NCBI GenBank assembly: GCA_011056555.1
Contig: DSEQ01000032.1
Location: 1,257 to 65,256 of the forward strand
Length of the DNA stretch: 64,000 bases
Origin: Candidatus Zixiibacteriota bacterium
GTDB taxonomy: Bacteria > Zixibacteria > MSB-5A5 > JAABVY01
Direction of reading: 5' to 3'
Part shown: piece after piece, positions 8,413-17,921 of the stretch
How positions within the stretch are numbered: the stretch's first letter is position 1
Layout of the letters: every line of letters starts with the position of its first letter
Notes under the pieces: generated by a model
The model's input: only the letters and a program-made list of their open reading frames with translations
Told to the model about the DNA's origin: nothing
Database searches by the model: none
Translations under genes and position numbers: made by a program

Positions 8413-9933
8413 TCAATCCAGATACAAAGGCGAGAATTTCTTCTCGAGATATTCCATAAACGGTTTATGCGATAATGGCTTGCCGGTAACTTCTTTTACA
8501 AGTTCGGTCGCCGGGTAACGCTTGCCCTGAAAATGTATCTTCTCATTCAACCATTTCTTCAAACTCGAGAAATTACCCTTCTCGAACTCATCATGCAGAT
8601 TCGGCATATCCTTCAATGCTTTGGCATAAAATTGCGCCGCATAAAGATTCCCCAGAGCATAAGTCGGGAAATATCCCAGCGCACCCATACTCCAGTGAAT
8701 ATCCTGCAGACACCCCTGGGCATCATCCGGAGGAGTGATACCAAAATACTCGGTAAACTTCTCGTTCCAGATACCGGGAATATCCGCAACCTTGATCTCC
8801 TTGTGAATAATACCCTGCTCGATCTCGAATCGAAGGAGAATATGCAGGCAGTATGTCACCTCATCTGCATCGACACGAATGAATGAAGGACGTACGTCAT
8901 TGATCGCAAAATAGAAATCATCGAATTTCACATCGCCTAGAATCTCGGGATATGTCTGCTGGGCGCGCGGGAAGAAATGCTTCCAGAACGGTTTGCCGCG
9001 GCTGACAATATTCTCCCAGCACAATGACTGCGATTCATGAATTCCGAGTGAAACCGACTGGCCCATCGGAAGCCCGAAATTCTCGTCCTTGCGCAGGCCC
9101 TGTTCATAGATGCCATGCCCCGATTCATGGATCACACCGAAGAAAGCTTGGCCGAAATGTTTGGGATTGTAGCGGGTCAGAATCCTGGTATCGCCATATC
9201 CGATTCCGGTGCAGAATGGATGAGTGGTTTCGTCCAGACGGCCTTTGGAATAGTCGAATCCGATTGCCGCCGAGGCCGCTTTGGCAAATAATTTCTGGCG
9301 ATGAATGTCGTAGTCGTTTTCGATAATGGACATGTCCGGATGTTTGCCCGAATCCTTGATCTTCTCCACAAACGGTACCAGATCATCACGCAGTCCCGCA
9401 AAAACCCTTGCCACTTCTTCAGTGGTGGCATGAGGCTCGTAATCATCCAGAAGCGCGTCATATGGGTCTTTTTCGTAGCCGTAGGCTTCCGCCACGCGGA
9501 AATTCAGCTCGAAGACTTTACCGAGAATGTCTTTGAAAATGCTGAAATCTGCTTTCTTGCGGGCATCCTGCCAGATTCCCTGAGCTTTCGTGGTGGTCGA
9601 GGAAATCTCCTCCACCAGTTCTCTGGGCAGCTTTGTGTCTTTGTTGTAAGAACGTCTGATCTCCCTGATATTTGCCGCTTCCGGGGAAGTCCGCTCCTTG
9701 ACCAATTCGGAATCCTCCAGCTTCGAAAGCAATTCCCCGATCTCGGGAGAGGTGAACATCTCGTGCGCCATGCCGGAAATGAGAGCCATCTGATTGGCGC
9801 GATGTTCCACACCTCCGCGCGGCATATATGTGCGCTCATCCCATCCCAGAATACTTCCGGCCGAACCCAAAAGCGCAGCTTTGCGCCTTTTTTCTATCAG
9901 CTCCTCATACAGCTTCTTTGCATCTTCTGCCAT
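8413..9933 (-). CDS. M32 carboxypeptidase (carboxypeptidase Taq family)
   Basis: HESGHGIYEQG (HExxH), HPF, IHESQS and DIHWS.GALGYFPTYALG motifs. The ~500-aa length is typical of M32. Confidence 0.9.
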   Translation of the reverse strand: MAEDAKKLYEELIEKRRKAALLGSAGSILGWDERTYMPRGGVEHRANQMALISGMAHEMFTSPEIGELLSKLEDSELVKERTSPEAANIREIRRSYNKDTKLPRELVEEISSTTTKAQGIWQDARKKADFSIFKDILGKVFELNFRVAEAYGYEKDPYDALLDDYEPHATTEEVARVFAGLRDDLVPFVEKIKDSGKHPDMSIIENDYDIHRQKLFAKAASAAIGFDYSKGRLDETTHPFCTGIGYGDTRILTRYNPKHFGQAFFGVIHESGHGIYEQGLRKDENFGLPMGQSVSLGIHESQSLCWENIVSRGKPFWKHFFPRAQQTYPEILGDVKFDDFYFAINDVRPSFIRVDADEVTYCLHILLRFEIEQGIIHKEIKVADIPGIWNEKFTEYFGITPPDDAQGCLQDIHWSMGALGYFPTYALGNLYAAQFYAKALKDMPNLHDEFEKGNFSSLKKWLNEKIHFQGKRYPATELVKEVTGKPLSHKPFMEYLEKKFSPLYLD

Positions 9934-10061
9934 GAATCTATCCTTTCCTTTTTTTAAATACTCGCACCTGTAGCACTAAGTTTAATTTACGAATGTAACA
10001 AAAGAAGCTGTGTTTTTCAAGGAAAACCGCCCTGCTGATGTGATGACGGCGTTATTGCGGG

Positions 10062-11264
10062 TTATTCCTGGTCCCCGGTATCCAGAGTATCGATCAGCTT
10101 GCTGGCTTCAATCGAATCTATGATCCGCTGCTGATTTATGCGGTCATACTCAAAGTCCGGCTCTGATCGGTAAACTTTTTCGCCGTAGAGGGTTTCAGAG
10201 AAATCTGCGATCTCGTCAATTGCCTCATAAGCCGGATTGCCAGTCTCGAAACCAACAGCAAATGGATCGACTTCACCCATATAAAGAAGGCTGCTGTCAC
10301 TTCCAAACACTAAATGATAGTCTATTCTGGAAAATGGCCTACTGCCGTGCAGCGCGTCCGGTCTATGCCCGAAAATTTCAAATGAGATGTATGATCTCCC
10401 GGTCTTCTGAGGAATCATCTGGAAAGAGGCCTCGAATCTGTTGATATTTTCAGGCATTGTTCCCGGAGAAGGAGAGAGGGAATCGATTTGAAGATTAGTC
10501 GCCCCGATAATCTGGTATTGCAGATCGGCAACATCTGAAATCAGCGGCGATATTGTAAACTCGACTTTGGATCTTTTGCCGACCTCAGGTGAAGGGGAGA
10601 ATGTCATATCAATATCAAATGGTTCCGGCCAGGTTTGTCTTTGTATCCCGGTTCTTACTGCCCTGCCTTCAACATGGGCACGGATTTCCCCGCCGAATAC
10701 ATAGTGATGTGCCTTTAGCGGATTTTTATCAGGCGGCGGATATTGGCCCAGATAATGAAGTTCGCCTTTCTCGTCGATCACGACCGAGACCATCATCCTG
10801 ATCATATCCTTGGTATTGTCCATCTCCAGGAGTTGCACGATGAATTCACCCACCCCATTGAATTTGATTGGAATCTCAGCGGTCAGGGTGTCTCCGATTT
10901 CAATCGGCGGCACCCAGCTGATAATAGTATCGGGTGCCCTCACATAGCTCTCTGGCCCGGCTATAAAGTTTAAATCCAGTTCCTTCCCGGCTACAAAAAT
11001 CTCCGGCCTTATCGAGCCAGGTTTTTTCCTTTCAATTGCCGGGGTTTTGAAAGCGTGCGCATTGACTTCCTCGCTTCGAGAAATCAGTCTGACTGTTAGT
11101 GTGCAAATCTGGTCGTAACGCGGCAGGGGAGAAAAATGAAATTCCGCATGCAGCAGGCTGTCGGTATCCTCGACAGAGAATATGACGGGATTGTTAACCT
11201 GTGAGTACAAAGCCGCGGGAGATAAAAGAAATATTACCAAGGCCGCATAAATTGCTTTTCTCAT
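10062..11264 (-). CDS. secreted hypothetical protein (~400 aa)
   Basis: I prefer the internal ATG at 11264, which is preceded by GGAGGAGG and gives the signal peptide MRKAIYAALVIFLLSPAALYSQV. It overlaps the upstream stop as ATGA. No recognisable catalytic motif. Confidence 0.7.
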   Translation of the reverse strand: MRKAIYAALVIFLLSPAALYSQVNNPVIFSVEDTDSLLHAEFHFSPLPRYDQICTLTVRLISRSEEVNAHAFKTPAIERKKPGSIRPEIFVAGKELDLNFIAGPESYVRAPDTIISWVPPIEIGDTLTAEIPIKFNGVGEFIVQLLEMDNTKDMIRMMVSVVIDEKGELHYLGQYPPPDKNPLKAHHYVFGGEIRAHVEGRAVRTGIQRQTWPEPFDIDMTFSPSPEVGKRSKVEFTISPLISDVADLQYQIIGATNLQIDSLSPSPGTMPENINRFEASFQMIPQKTGRSYISFEIFGHRPDALHGSRPFSRIDYHLVFGSDSSLLYMGEVDPFAVGFETGNPAYEAIDEIADFSETLYGEKVYRSEPDFEYDRINQQRIIDSIEASKLIDTLDTGDQE

Positions 11265-11830
11265 CTTGACCTCCTCCTGCTTTTGGCCGACCAGTACAGC
11301 TTCAATTTGTATCGGGGATCGTAACCGCGAATGGAGCATATTCCGCAGGAGCAATTGTACATGCGCCTGTGGCGATAGTATTTTTGGCCGCAGCTGGGGC
11401 AAATATAGATATATTTATGGGGGCTTTTGCCTCCCGGATACTCCTTGGCGTAGCGTGTTGCCCCCAGGCGTTCAGCCTCGCGTTTGAATTCTTTGCCATG
11501 ATTGGGATAGAGAATATGTATCATTTCATGTTTGAGAGTATCCTCCACCTCATCCGGAAAATACTCGTGATATTTTCTGCCCAGCTTGATAAGCCTATGT
11601 TCCACATAGCATTTTCCCGCGATCCGCATACGGCTCGACCATTCGATCTTCACTTTCGGGAGTTTGCCGTCGAAATATCGATAGTTTAGAGTATCATATA
11701 TCCTGCTGAGCGCTTTTTCGTCCGGAAGTCTAACTGTTTGTTGGGTTTCGATGTGTTGTACCGGCAGATCGAAAAACATGTCGACATTAGTTGCTTGTAG
11801 TGCTTTTTGCTGTTTTTTGCTCAATTTCAT
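11261..11830 (-). CDS. SprT-like zinc metalloprotease domain protein with C-terminal zinc ribbon
   Basis: The N-terminal region YFDGKLPKVKIEWSSRMRIAGKC is followed by an HExxH motif (TLKHEMIHILY). A Cys-rich tail follows (CPSCGQ...CSCGIC). Confidence 0.75.
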   Translation of the reverse strand: MKLSKKQQKALQATNVDMFFDLPVQHIETQQTVRLPDEKALSRIYDTLNYRYFDGKLPKVKIEWSSRMRIAGKCYVEHRLIKLGRKYHEYFPDEVEDTLKHEMIHILYPNHGKEFKREAERLGATRYAKEYPGGKSPHKYIYICPSCGQKYYRHRRMYNCSCGICSIRGYDPRYKLKLYWSAKSRRRSR

Positions 11831-11904
11831 GCCCTGAATTTATTACTATTCTATCTTGCATACAAGCCGAAATTAGCTTAGATTCAAAAAATCCGGGAGG
11901 GTTC

Positions 11905-13170
11905 ATGAAATCTGTCTATCTGATTATGTTTCTGTGCTTACCGGCAGTTTTATTCGTTTCCTGCGCAGAAAAAATTGAAATTGCAGGCAGCCGTACTATC
12001 ATTGTGGATGCCTCTTCTGAAGTGGAAGAGCCTGATGGAAGTGAATATGCACCTTACAGTTCGCTGGAAGCTGCGATCGCCGGAGCCGATGACGGCGACG
12101 AAATATATATTCTGCCCGGACAATACGAGGCCGAGCCGCAATTATTCGTTGAACCGCTCTGCGGCAACTGCACCGAACATAGAACCGAGGTCAGGGCGAC
12201 CTCCGGGTTTCATATCAAAAACAAGGCTCTGACCATAATTGGAAAAGATGCCGACAGCGTCATCCTGATTACCAATGCGGGCTACGGAATCCTGTTTGAC
12301 CACAGCCGGGGCTCGAGCTTAACAAATGTAACAATCACCGGCGGAAAGCGTGATCCTGACGGAAATGCTACAGATGCTGCGGTTGTTGTCAGGTTCTCTC
12401 AGGTTATCGTAGAAAACTGTAAGATTATAAACAACGATCATCAGCTCGATACGGTCGTGGTTGGAATCGGCGGCGTTTTCGGCCGGGAAAGTTCCCAAAT
12501 CACGATCAGGGGCAATTTGATAGAGAATAACGGATGGGACGGTATCGCTCTTTATAGAGGCGCAAGCGCATTCACATCGGACAATATCATAAACAAGGGC
12601 AGAGGGGCAGGGATCGGTATTACCTGGGATTCAAAAGCAATCGTGATCCGTAATGATGTATCCAATTACTGGAAAGGAATCGGCACATTCGGAAATTCGT
12701 ACGCAGTGGTATTGAACAATGTGGTCCACGACAATCTCGGATGGGGTGTAATCGCCACAGGTTTTTCCATGATGGAGGTGCGTAACAATACGATCGTGCA
12801 AAATGGCAACTGCGGGTTTGCCGCCTGGTCAAATGAGGCGCGCGGATATTTGAAGAACAATATTATCGCCTTCAACGGCTGGCGCGAGGAATGGGTATGT
12901 CCCTGTGTGGGTGTCTGGATGAATGGCAAGCTGGCCAATTTCCCGGTATCATACAATGATGTTTATGATAATGCGGCCGGGCAGTACTTGGGCATGCCCG
13001 AATGGACTGGACGATATGGCAATATTTCTGTCGATCCGCTCTTCATCGACTCGCTGGATTTTCGTCTTTCGCCTGAATCTCCTCTGAATGCTGCAGGGGA
13101 TCCATATTACACCAATCCTGACGGCAGTCGATCTAACATTGGCGCTTATGGCGGCCAGGAATCAAAATAA
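11905..13170 (+). CDS. lipoprotein with right-handed parallel beta-helix (PbH1) repeats
   Basis: I prefer the ATG at 11905 after GGGAGG. It gives a lipobox signal (MKSVYLIMFLCLPAVLFVSC). About seven ~22-aa repeats follow, for example IENNGWDGIAL, IINKGRGAGIGI, VHDNLGWGVIA and IVQNGNCGFAA. Confidence 0.7.
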   Translation: MKSVYLIMFLCLPAVLFVSCAEKIEIAGSRTIIVDASSEVEEPDGSEYAPYSSLEAAIAGADDGDEIYILPGQYEAEPQLFVEPLCGNCTEHRTEVRATSGFHIKNKALTIIGKDADSVILITNAGYGILFDHSRGSSLTNVTITGGKRDPDGNATDAAVVVRFSQVIVENCKIINNDHQLDTVVVGIGGVFGRESSQITIRGNLIENNGWDGIALYRGASAFTSDNIINKGRGAGIGITWDSKAIVIRNDVSNYWKGIGTFGNSYAVVLNNVVHDNLGWGVIATGFSMMEVRNNTIVQNGNCGFAAWSNEARGYLKNNIIAFNGWREEWVCPCVGVWMNGKLANFPVSYNDVYDNAAGQYLGMPEWTGRYGNISVDPLFIDSLDFRLSPESPLNAAGDPYYTNPDGSRSNIGAYGGQESK

Positions 13171-13201
13171 ATCTGACGATAATCTGGCTTTTCAAAATGA
13201 G

Positions 13202-13238
13202 AAAAAAGGGGAGACCATTAATCTGGTTTCCCCTTTGT
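13202..13238. terminator. bidirectional rho-independent terminator between convergent genes
   Basis: A ~13-bp stem (AAAGGGGAGACCA / TGGTTTCCCCTTT) with a TTAATC loop. It is flanked by an A-run on the left and a T-rich stretch on the right. Confidence 0.65.
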
Positions 13239-13264
13239 CGCTTGAATCGAATTTGCGCCTGATC

Positions 13265-13702
13265 CTACTGCTTTTTCAGCGGACAGACAAAGCTGTCACC
13301 CAAACCATCCCTGACCAGATGACCCAGGTCTATGTGCTGTTTTACCTGTTCCCAGCTTGTCAATATGAGATCGCTTTCCCCGTCATTATCGGGATCATGG
13401 ACACCAAGACCCTCGGGGGTGAAGCTGAGAAGAATCACCTGCCAGCGGCCGCCATTATAATCAGTATCACCCGGCTTGGACTCTGATACAGGCACCTGGC
13501 CGCCCAGATTCTGGAAGACAAAGAGGCTGTCCTTGGGGCCATGATCGGGCAGGCTCGTCGGCGTGCCCACCGTCGAATAAAGAACATCATCTGCCCAGAT
13601 CGCATCCGGGGCCGGTGGCCCCACCTGCGCTGAACCGGTCGCGCTTAGCCCCGCTGCCAGCAAAAATGCTGAAACCACGATGATAAGCTTGTGCTTAAAC
13701 AT
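13265..13702 (-). CDS. small secreted hypothetical protein (145 aa)
   Basis: Clear signal peptide (MFKHKLIIVVSAFLLAAGLSATGSAQ), RBS-like AGGAGG upstream. No recognisable family. Confidence 0.6.
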   Translation of the reverse strand: MFKHKLIIVVSAFLLAAGLSATGSAQVGPPAPDAIWADDVLYSTVGTPTSLPDHGPKDSLFVFQNLGGQVPVSESKPGDTDYNGGRWQVILLSFTPEGLGVHDPDNDGESDLILTSWEQVKQHIDLGHLVRDGLGDSFVCPLKKQ

Positions 13703-13874
13703 ACATCCTCCTTTTTAAGAATGTGGTTTTTTGATAAGTATTCTGACTGCAACCGTCATGCTGCATGCAAACTAAAACGTACCGCTATAAACAGGACAAC
13801 AATTGTAGTGTATTATATGTTCCGCAGCGATTATATTGCTGCCGGAGAAATTATGAATCGAGTCGATTCTAAAC

Positions 13875-13902
13875 TTGATTGTTTCAGTTTTGTTTGTATT
13901 AT
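13875..13902 (+). promoter_or_regulatory. sigma70-like promoter candidate for the ABC transporter operon
   Basis: TTGATT (13875-13880) - N16 - TATTAT (13897-13902). Confidence 0.35.
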
Positions 13903-13940
13903 ATTAGCATGTATTGGCTTAGATAGAAAATGAGGTCGTC

Positions 13941-14864
13941 TTGCAGCAGAAATTCGTGGAAGTAAAAGGGCTCAGGAAAAACTATAATTCTCTTAAGGCT
14001 GTCGATGATGTCTCCTTTTATATAGAAAAAGGTGAGGTATTTGGGCTTCTTGGGCCTAATGGAGCAGGCAAGACCACCACTGTTGAGATAATGGAAGGGC
14101 TGCGGTGTGCCACCAGCGGTGAGGTCAGGATCGCCGGATTCGACCCGCGAAAAAACGATTTCAGATTCAAGCAAATCCTTGGTGTTCAGCTTCAAAAGTC
14201 AGCCATGGAGGAGAGAATAAAAGCTCGCGAAGCATTGCAGCTCTATGGATCATATTATAAAAAGTCTATGCCAGCTGACGAACTTCTGGAATTAGTCGGC
14301 CTCTCAGAAAAGAAGAACACTTATTATCAGAACCTGTCCGGGGGTCAGCAGCAAAGGTTGTCTCTTGCCATAGCGCTTGTCAATGATCCCGAGATGGTGT
14401 TCCTCGACGAGCCTACTACCGGGCTTGATGCCCAGGCCCGGCGGAGTATCTGGGAGATCATCAATAAGCTCCGCAGCGAAAAGAAAACCATTCTTCTTAC
14501 AACACATTACATCGAGGAAGCTGAACATCTCTGCGACCGTGTTTCGATCATCGACCACGGCAGGATCATCGCCGAGGGTACGCCACGGGAACTGATCGAC
14601 AACTCAGGTATCTCACATCACATAGAATTCAAAACTGAAAACCCGGTAAGTGACCAGACAATTAAGCAGCTTTCTGAAAAACATGGAAATATTAATCTCG
14701 ATGGGGATATCTACAGTATGAAATCCGATCAAGCCGGAAAGCCATTAATACATCTTATTAAGCTGCTTGAAAAAGAAGCCAATGAGCTGATCGACCTTCA
14801 TCTGGAACGTCCCACACTCGAGGATGTGTTCATCAAGCTGACCGGAAGGAGAATCAGAGATTGA
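13941..14864 (+). CDS. ABC transporter ATP-binding protein (ABC-2 / drug-exporter type)
   Basis: Walker A GPNGAGKTT, signature LSGGQQQRL, Walker B VFLDEPTTGLD and an H-loop. The start codon is TTG. Confidence 0.9.
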   Translation: MQQKFVEVKGLRKNYNSLKAVDDVSFYIEKGEVFGLLGPNGAGKTTTVEIMEGLRCATSGEVRIAGFDPRKNDFRFKQILGVQLQKSAMEERIKAREALQLYGSYYKKSMPADELLELVGLSEKKNTYYQNLSGGQQQRLSLAIALVNDPEMVFLDEPTTGLDAQARRSIWEIINKLRSEKKTILLTTHYIEEAEHLCDRVSIIDHGRIIAEGTPRELIDNSGISHHIEFKTENPVSDQTIKQLSEKHGNINLDGDIYSMKSDQAGKPLIHLIKLLEKEANELIDLHLERPTLEDVFIKLTGRRIRD

Positions 14865-15607
14865 GACAGTTTTTCATGTTTACATGGGTGGCCACCAAGA
14901 TTCTCTTTCGGTCACGCGAGGCGGTCTTCTGGAATTTCCTTTTTCCTGTGGCGCTTTTTATCCTGTATGTCACCGTTTTCTCCGGAGTCTATCCAAGTGA
15001 AATTCCTGAATCCCGAACTGTGGCCGATAACTTCTCTAAAATCCTGACAATTACGATCATGTCAGGCGGGCTGTTTTCGCTTGCAATCTCGGTTTCTGTC
15101 ATGAAAGAAAAGGGCATTCTCAGGAGATACAAAGTAACTCCCGTGAGGCCGATTACGATTGTCTCCGGCATCGTTGTGCGCCAGTACTTCTTTATGCTCC
15201 TAGTAACCGCGGTCCTGTTTTTGATGGCCATTATTCCGTATAATGCCGATTTCGGCGGCGGCGTTCTGGAGTTATTCATAATCGCCAGCCTGGGCATTCT
15301 TGTCTTCAGCAGCCTGGGCTTTTGTATTGCCGGTATAATGAAGACAAATCAGGGAACTATCGGTGCCGCCAATCTGCTTTTCATGCCCATGCTGTTCCTG
15401 AGCGGGGCAGCAATTCCGGTATTCTTATTCCCGAAATGGCTGAAAGATATTGCCAGTGTCTTTCCGGCCACACATCTATTGAATATCCTGCAGCGTACAC
15501 TTTTCGAGGGCAAGGCGCTTGCACAGGATTTGAAGAGCCTGCTGATCCTCATTGGATTCGGAATAGTGTTTCTGATCGTAGCCGCCTTTGTCTCCCGCTG
15601 GAATTAA
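14861..15607 (+). CDS. ABC-2 type transporter permease
   Basis: It overlaps the ATPase gene by 4 nt. The 248-aa product has about six hydrophobic helices. Confidence 0.8.
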   Translation: MRQFFMFTWVATKILFRSREAVFWNFLFPVALFILYVTVFSGVYPSEIPESRTVADNFSKILTITIMSGGLFSLAISVSVMKEKGILRRYKVTPVRPITIVSGIVVRQYFFMLLVTAVLFLMAIIPYNADFGGGVLELFIIASLGILVFSSLGFCIAGIMKTNQGTIGAANLLFMPMLFLSGAAIPVFLFPKWLKDIASVFPATHLLNILQRTLFEGKALAQDLKSLLILIGFGIVFLIVAAFVSRWN

Positions 15608-15931
15608 TTAATCCCTCAGCGCATCAATTTTGGCAGCCATGATGAAATCATTCTCAGAAAGGCCATTTATCGCATGGGTCCAGATCTCAAATTCGGTCTT
15701 GTTGTAGTGCACACAGAAATCCGGATGATGCCCCTCGTTCTCGGCTAAGTCCGCAACCCTATTCAGAAAATCCATATTCCGGACAAAATCCCTGAATTTA
15801 TATTCTTTATAGAGATGCCCATTCTTAACTCTCCAGCCCTCCACCTGCTTGAGCATCTGCGTGATCTTCTCTTCATCAAACGGTTCCACACCGCCCTCGC
15901 AGGGCACACACTTTTTATCTGTCAAAGCCAT
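15608..15931 (-). CDS. pterin-4-alpha-carbinolamine dehydratase (PCD/DCoH family)
   Basis: The EGHHPD....YN.....W.TH motif is present. I prefer the ATG at 15931, which is preceded by AGGAGG. Confidence 0.85.
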   Translation of the reverse strand: MALTDKKCVPCEGGVEPFDEEKITQMLKQVEGWRVKNGHLYKEYKFRDFVRNMDFLNRVADLAENEGHHPDFCVHYNKTEFEIWTHAINGLSENDFIMAAKIDALRD

Positions 15932-16048
15932 TTTATTCCTCCTTTTTAGCTTCACAATATTGAAGAACATTTCTGAGAATGCAATGTTTCTAAACAGCCC
16001 AATAAAAAAACCCGGCAGGAGCCGGGCCTGTCAGGGATATTCATATCA

Positions 16049-17317
16049 TCATGGTATCACAATCGTGTCCTCGCGTCCCGCACCGGTGGAGATAATAGTC
16101 GCTTTGCAGGCAACATAATCCTCTATGAATTTTATGTAGTCCCTGGTTTCCCGGGGAAGTTCCTCGTAGGCAGTCATTCCCTTAATCGGCTTTTTCCAGC
16201 CCTTGAGTGTTTTGTAAATTGGTTTGACAACATCAAGGTTCGAAATTAAAAATTCCCCTCTGTCCTCGGGAAGCTCATAGCGCGTGCAGACTTTGATCTC
16301 ATCCAGATCATCCAGGACATCCAGCTTGGTAATGGCCAGATCGGTCATACCGTTGATACGGACAGAATATTTTAAAAGCACAAGATCGAGCCATCCGGTG
16401 CGCCGGGGACGGCCGGTTGAGGCGCCGAATTCTTTGCCGGCTTCGCGCAGCGCCTCCCCCTGAGAGTTATCCAGCTCGGTAGGGAAGGGGCCGTTACCCA
16501 CACGGGTCTGGTATGCTTTGACAATACCAACTGTCTTGTGAATATAGCTGGGAGGCACACCCAGACCGGTCAATGCTCCGGCAATAGTTGTGTTGGATGA
16601 GGTAACGTAAGGAAAAGTGCCGTAGTCAATATCCAGAAGAGTTCCCTGGGCGCCCTCGAACAGGATTCTCTTATTGTCGCGGTTGGCCTTTTCCATGAAA
16701 ATTGGACCATCCACAACCATCGGCTTAAGTTTTTCTCCGAAAGCCAGCAGCTGATCATACAATTTATACAAGTCTTTAAATTGGCCTTCGCCATATTCCG
16801 AAATTGTAGCGGCTTTCAATTTATAGTTCATTTCCAGCCGCGATTTCAGAACTTCCGGGAAGAAAAGATCGTACGCCCTGATGCCAAAGCGTGAGTATTT
16901 ATCAGTATATGTCGGCCCGATACCTCTTAGAGTCGTTCCCACACAGTTCTTGCCCATCATCGTTTCATTATGCTTTTCCATCCATTTATGGTATGGCATC
17001 ACCAGATGTGACAGTCCCGATATAAACAGGCGCCCTTGCGTACTGATGCTCCTTTTCTCCAGGCCCTCGATCTCGTCAAAAAGACGCCATAGATCGGTAA
17101 CGACCCCGTTGCCGATCAGGCAGGTTTTGTCGGGGTGCAATATGCCCGAGGGTATCAGGTGCAGTATAAACTCCTCACCATTGATGATTACAGTGTGACC
17201 GGCGTTGGCGCCGCCCTGGGAACGCGCCACTATATCCGCTTTTTCCGAGAGCAGATCAACAATCTTGCCCTTGCCCTCGTCACCCCACTGGCTTCCAACC
17301 ACTGCTGTGTGCTTCAT
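16049..17317 (-). CDS. purA: adenylosuccinate synthetase
   Basis: N-terminal GSQWGDEGKGKIVD P-loop, GTT.RGIGP and GAQG.LLDID motifs. The length is 422 aa. Confidence 0.95.
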   Translation of the reverse strand: MKHTAVVGSQWGDEGKGKIVDLLSEKADIVARSQGGANAGHTVIINGEEFILHLIPSGILHPDKTCLIGNGVVTDLWRLFDEIEGLEKRSISTQGRLFISGLSHLVMPYHKWMEKHNETMMGKNCVGTTLRGIGPTYTDKYSRFGIRAYDLFFPEVLKSRLEMNYKLKAATISEYGEGQFKDLYKLYDQLLAFGEKLKPMVVDGPIFMEKANRDNKRILFEGAQGTLLDIDYGTFPYVTSSNTTIAGALTGLGVPPSYIHKTVGIVKAYQTRVGNGPFPTELDNSQGEALREAGKEFGASTGRPRRTGWLDLVLLKYSVRINGMTDLAITKLDVLDDLDEIKVCTRYELPEDRGEFLISNLDVVKPIYKTLKGWKKPIKGMTAYEELPRETRDYIKFIEDYVACKATIISTGAGREDTIVIP

Positions 17318-17321
17318 GATC

Positions 17322-17921
17322 CTATCCTTTGCATTCCTTTATTCTCCACTCTATCCACTGCAAGACCTGTTTCTTTCCGGTTCCCTTGACTGCCGAGAAC
17401 GGCACCGGGTAGAGGTCAGGCGGAAGACCAAATTTTTCTCTCGACTTTTTTACTGACTGTGCCAGCTGATTATTGGAAAGTTTATCAGCTTTGGTCAGCA
17501 CGATTATATAATATATACCATAGCTTTCGAGCATTTCATGCATCTGCAAATCCAGCTCAGTGGGATTGTGGCGGGCGTCCACGAGCTGTACCACCCCGGC
17601 TAGTTTCTGTGAGTTGGTGAAATAATCCTCCATCAGCCGGCTCCAGTCATCCCGCATTTTTTTTGATACCCGGGCGTAACCGTACCCGGGAAGATCGACG
17701 AAATAAAATCTGTTGCTGATGATGAAGTAATTTATTGAGCGGGTCTTTCCCGGAGTCTGTGAGGTCTTGGCCAGATTCTTCCGTCCCATGAGCCTGTTCA
17801 TCATTGAGGATTTGCCCACATTGGAACGCCCGGCAAATGCGATTTCGGGTAAATTGCGTCCTTTGAATTGTCTGAGATCGAAAACGGAAGTAACGAATTC
17901 AGCGTTTTTTAGTTCGAGCAT
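17322..17921 (-). CDS. engB: ribosome biogenesis GTPase EngB/YsxC (YihA)
   Basis: G1 GRSNVGKSS, DLPGYGYA and TKADK motifs. Confidence 0.9.
   Translation of the reverse strand: MLELKNAEFVTSVFDLRQFKGRNLPEIAFAGRSNVGKSSMMNRLMGRKNLAKTSQTPGKTRSINYFIISNRFYFVDLPGYGYARVSKKMRDDWSRLMEDYFTNSQKLAGVVQLVDARHNPTELDLQMHEMLESYGIYYIIVLTKADKLSNNQLAQSVKKSREKFGLPPDLYPVPFSAVKGTGKKQVLQWIEWRIKECKG

Noticed and set aside
9301-9957. 218-aa plus-strand ORF
   Set aside because: It is entirely antisense to the well-supported M32 carboxypeptidase gene.
10062-11402. The long 446-aa version of the secreted protein, and similar N-terminal extensions (for example 11791, 15970, 21553, 27562, 28270, 29817, 29903, 40276, 47821 and 62835)
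   Set aside because: The extensions overlap upstream genes or lack an RBS. The internal ATGs preceded by GGAGG-type sites give proper signal peptides or canonical N-termini.
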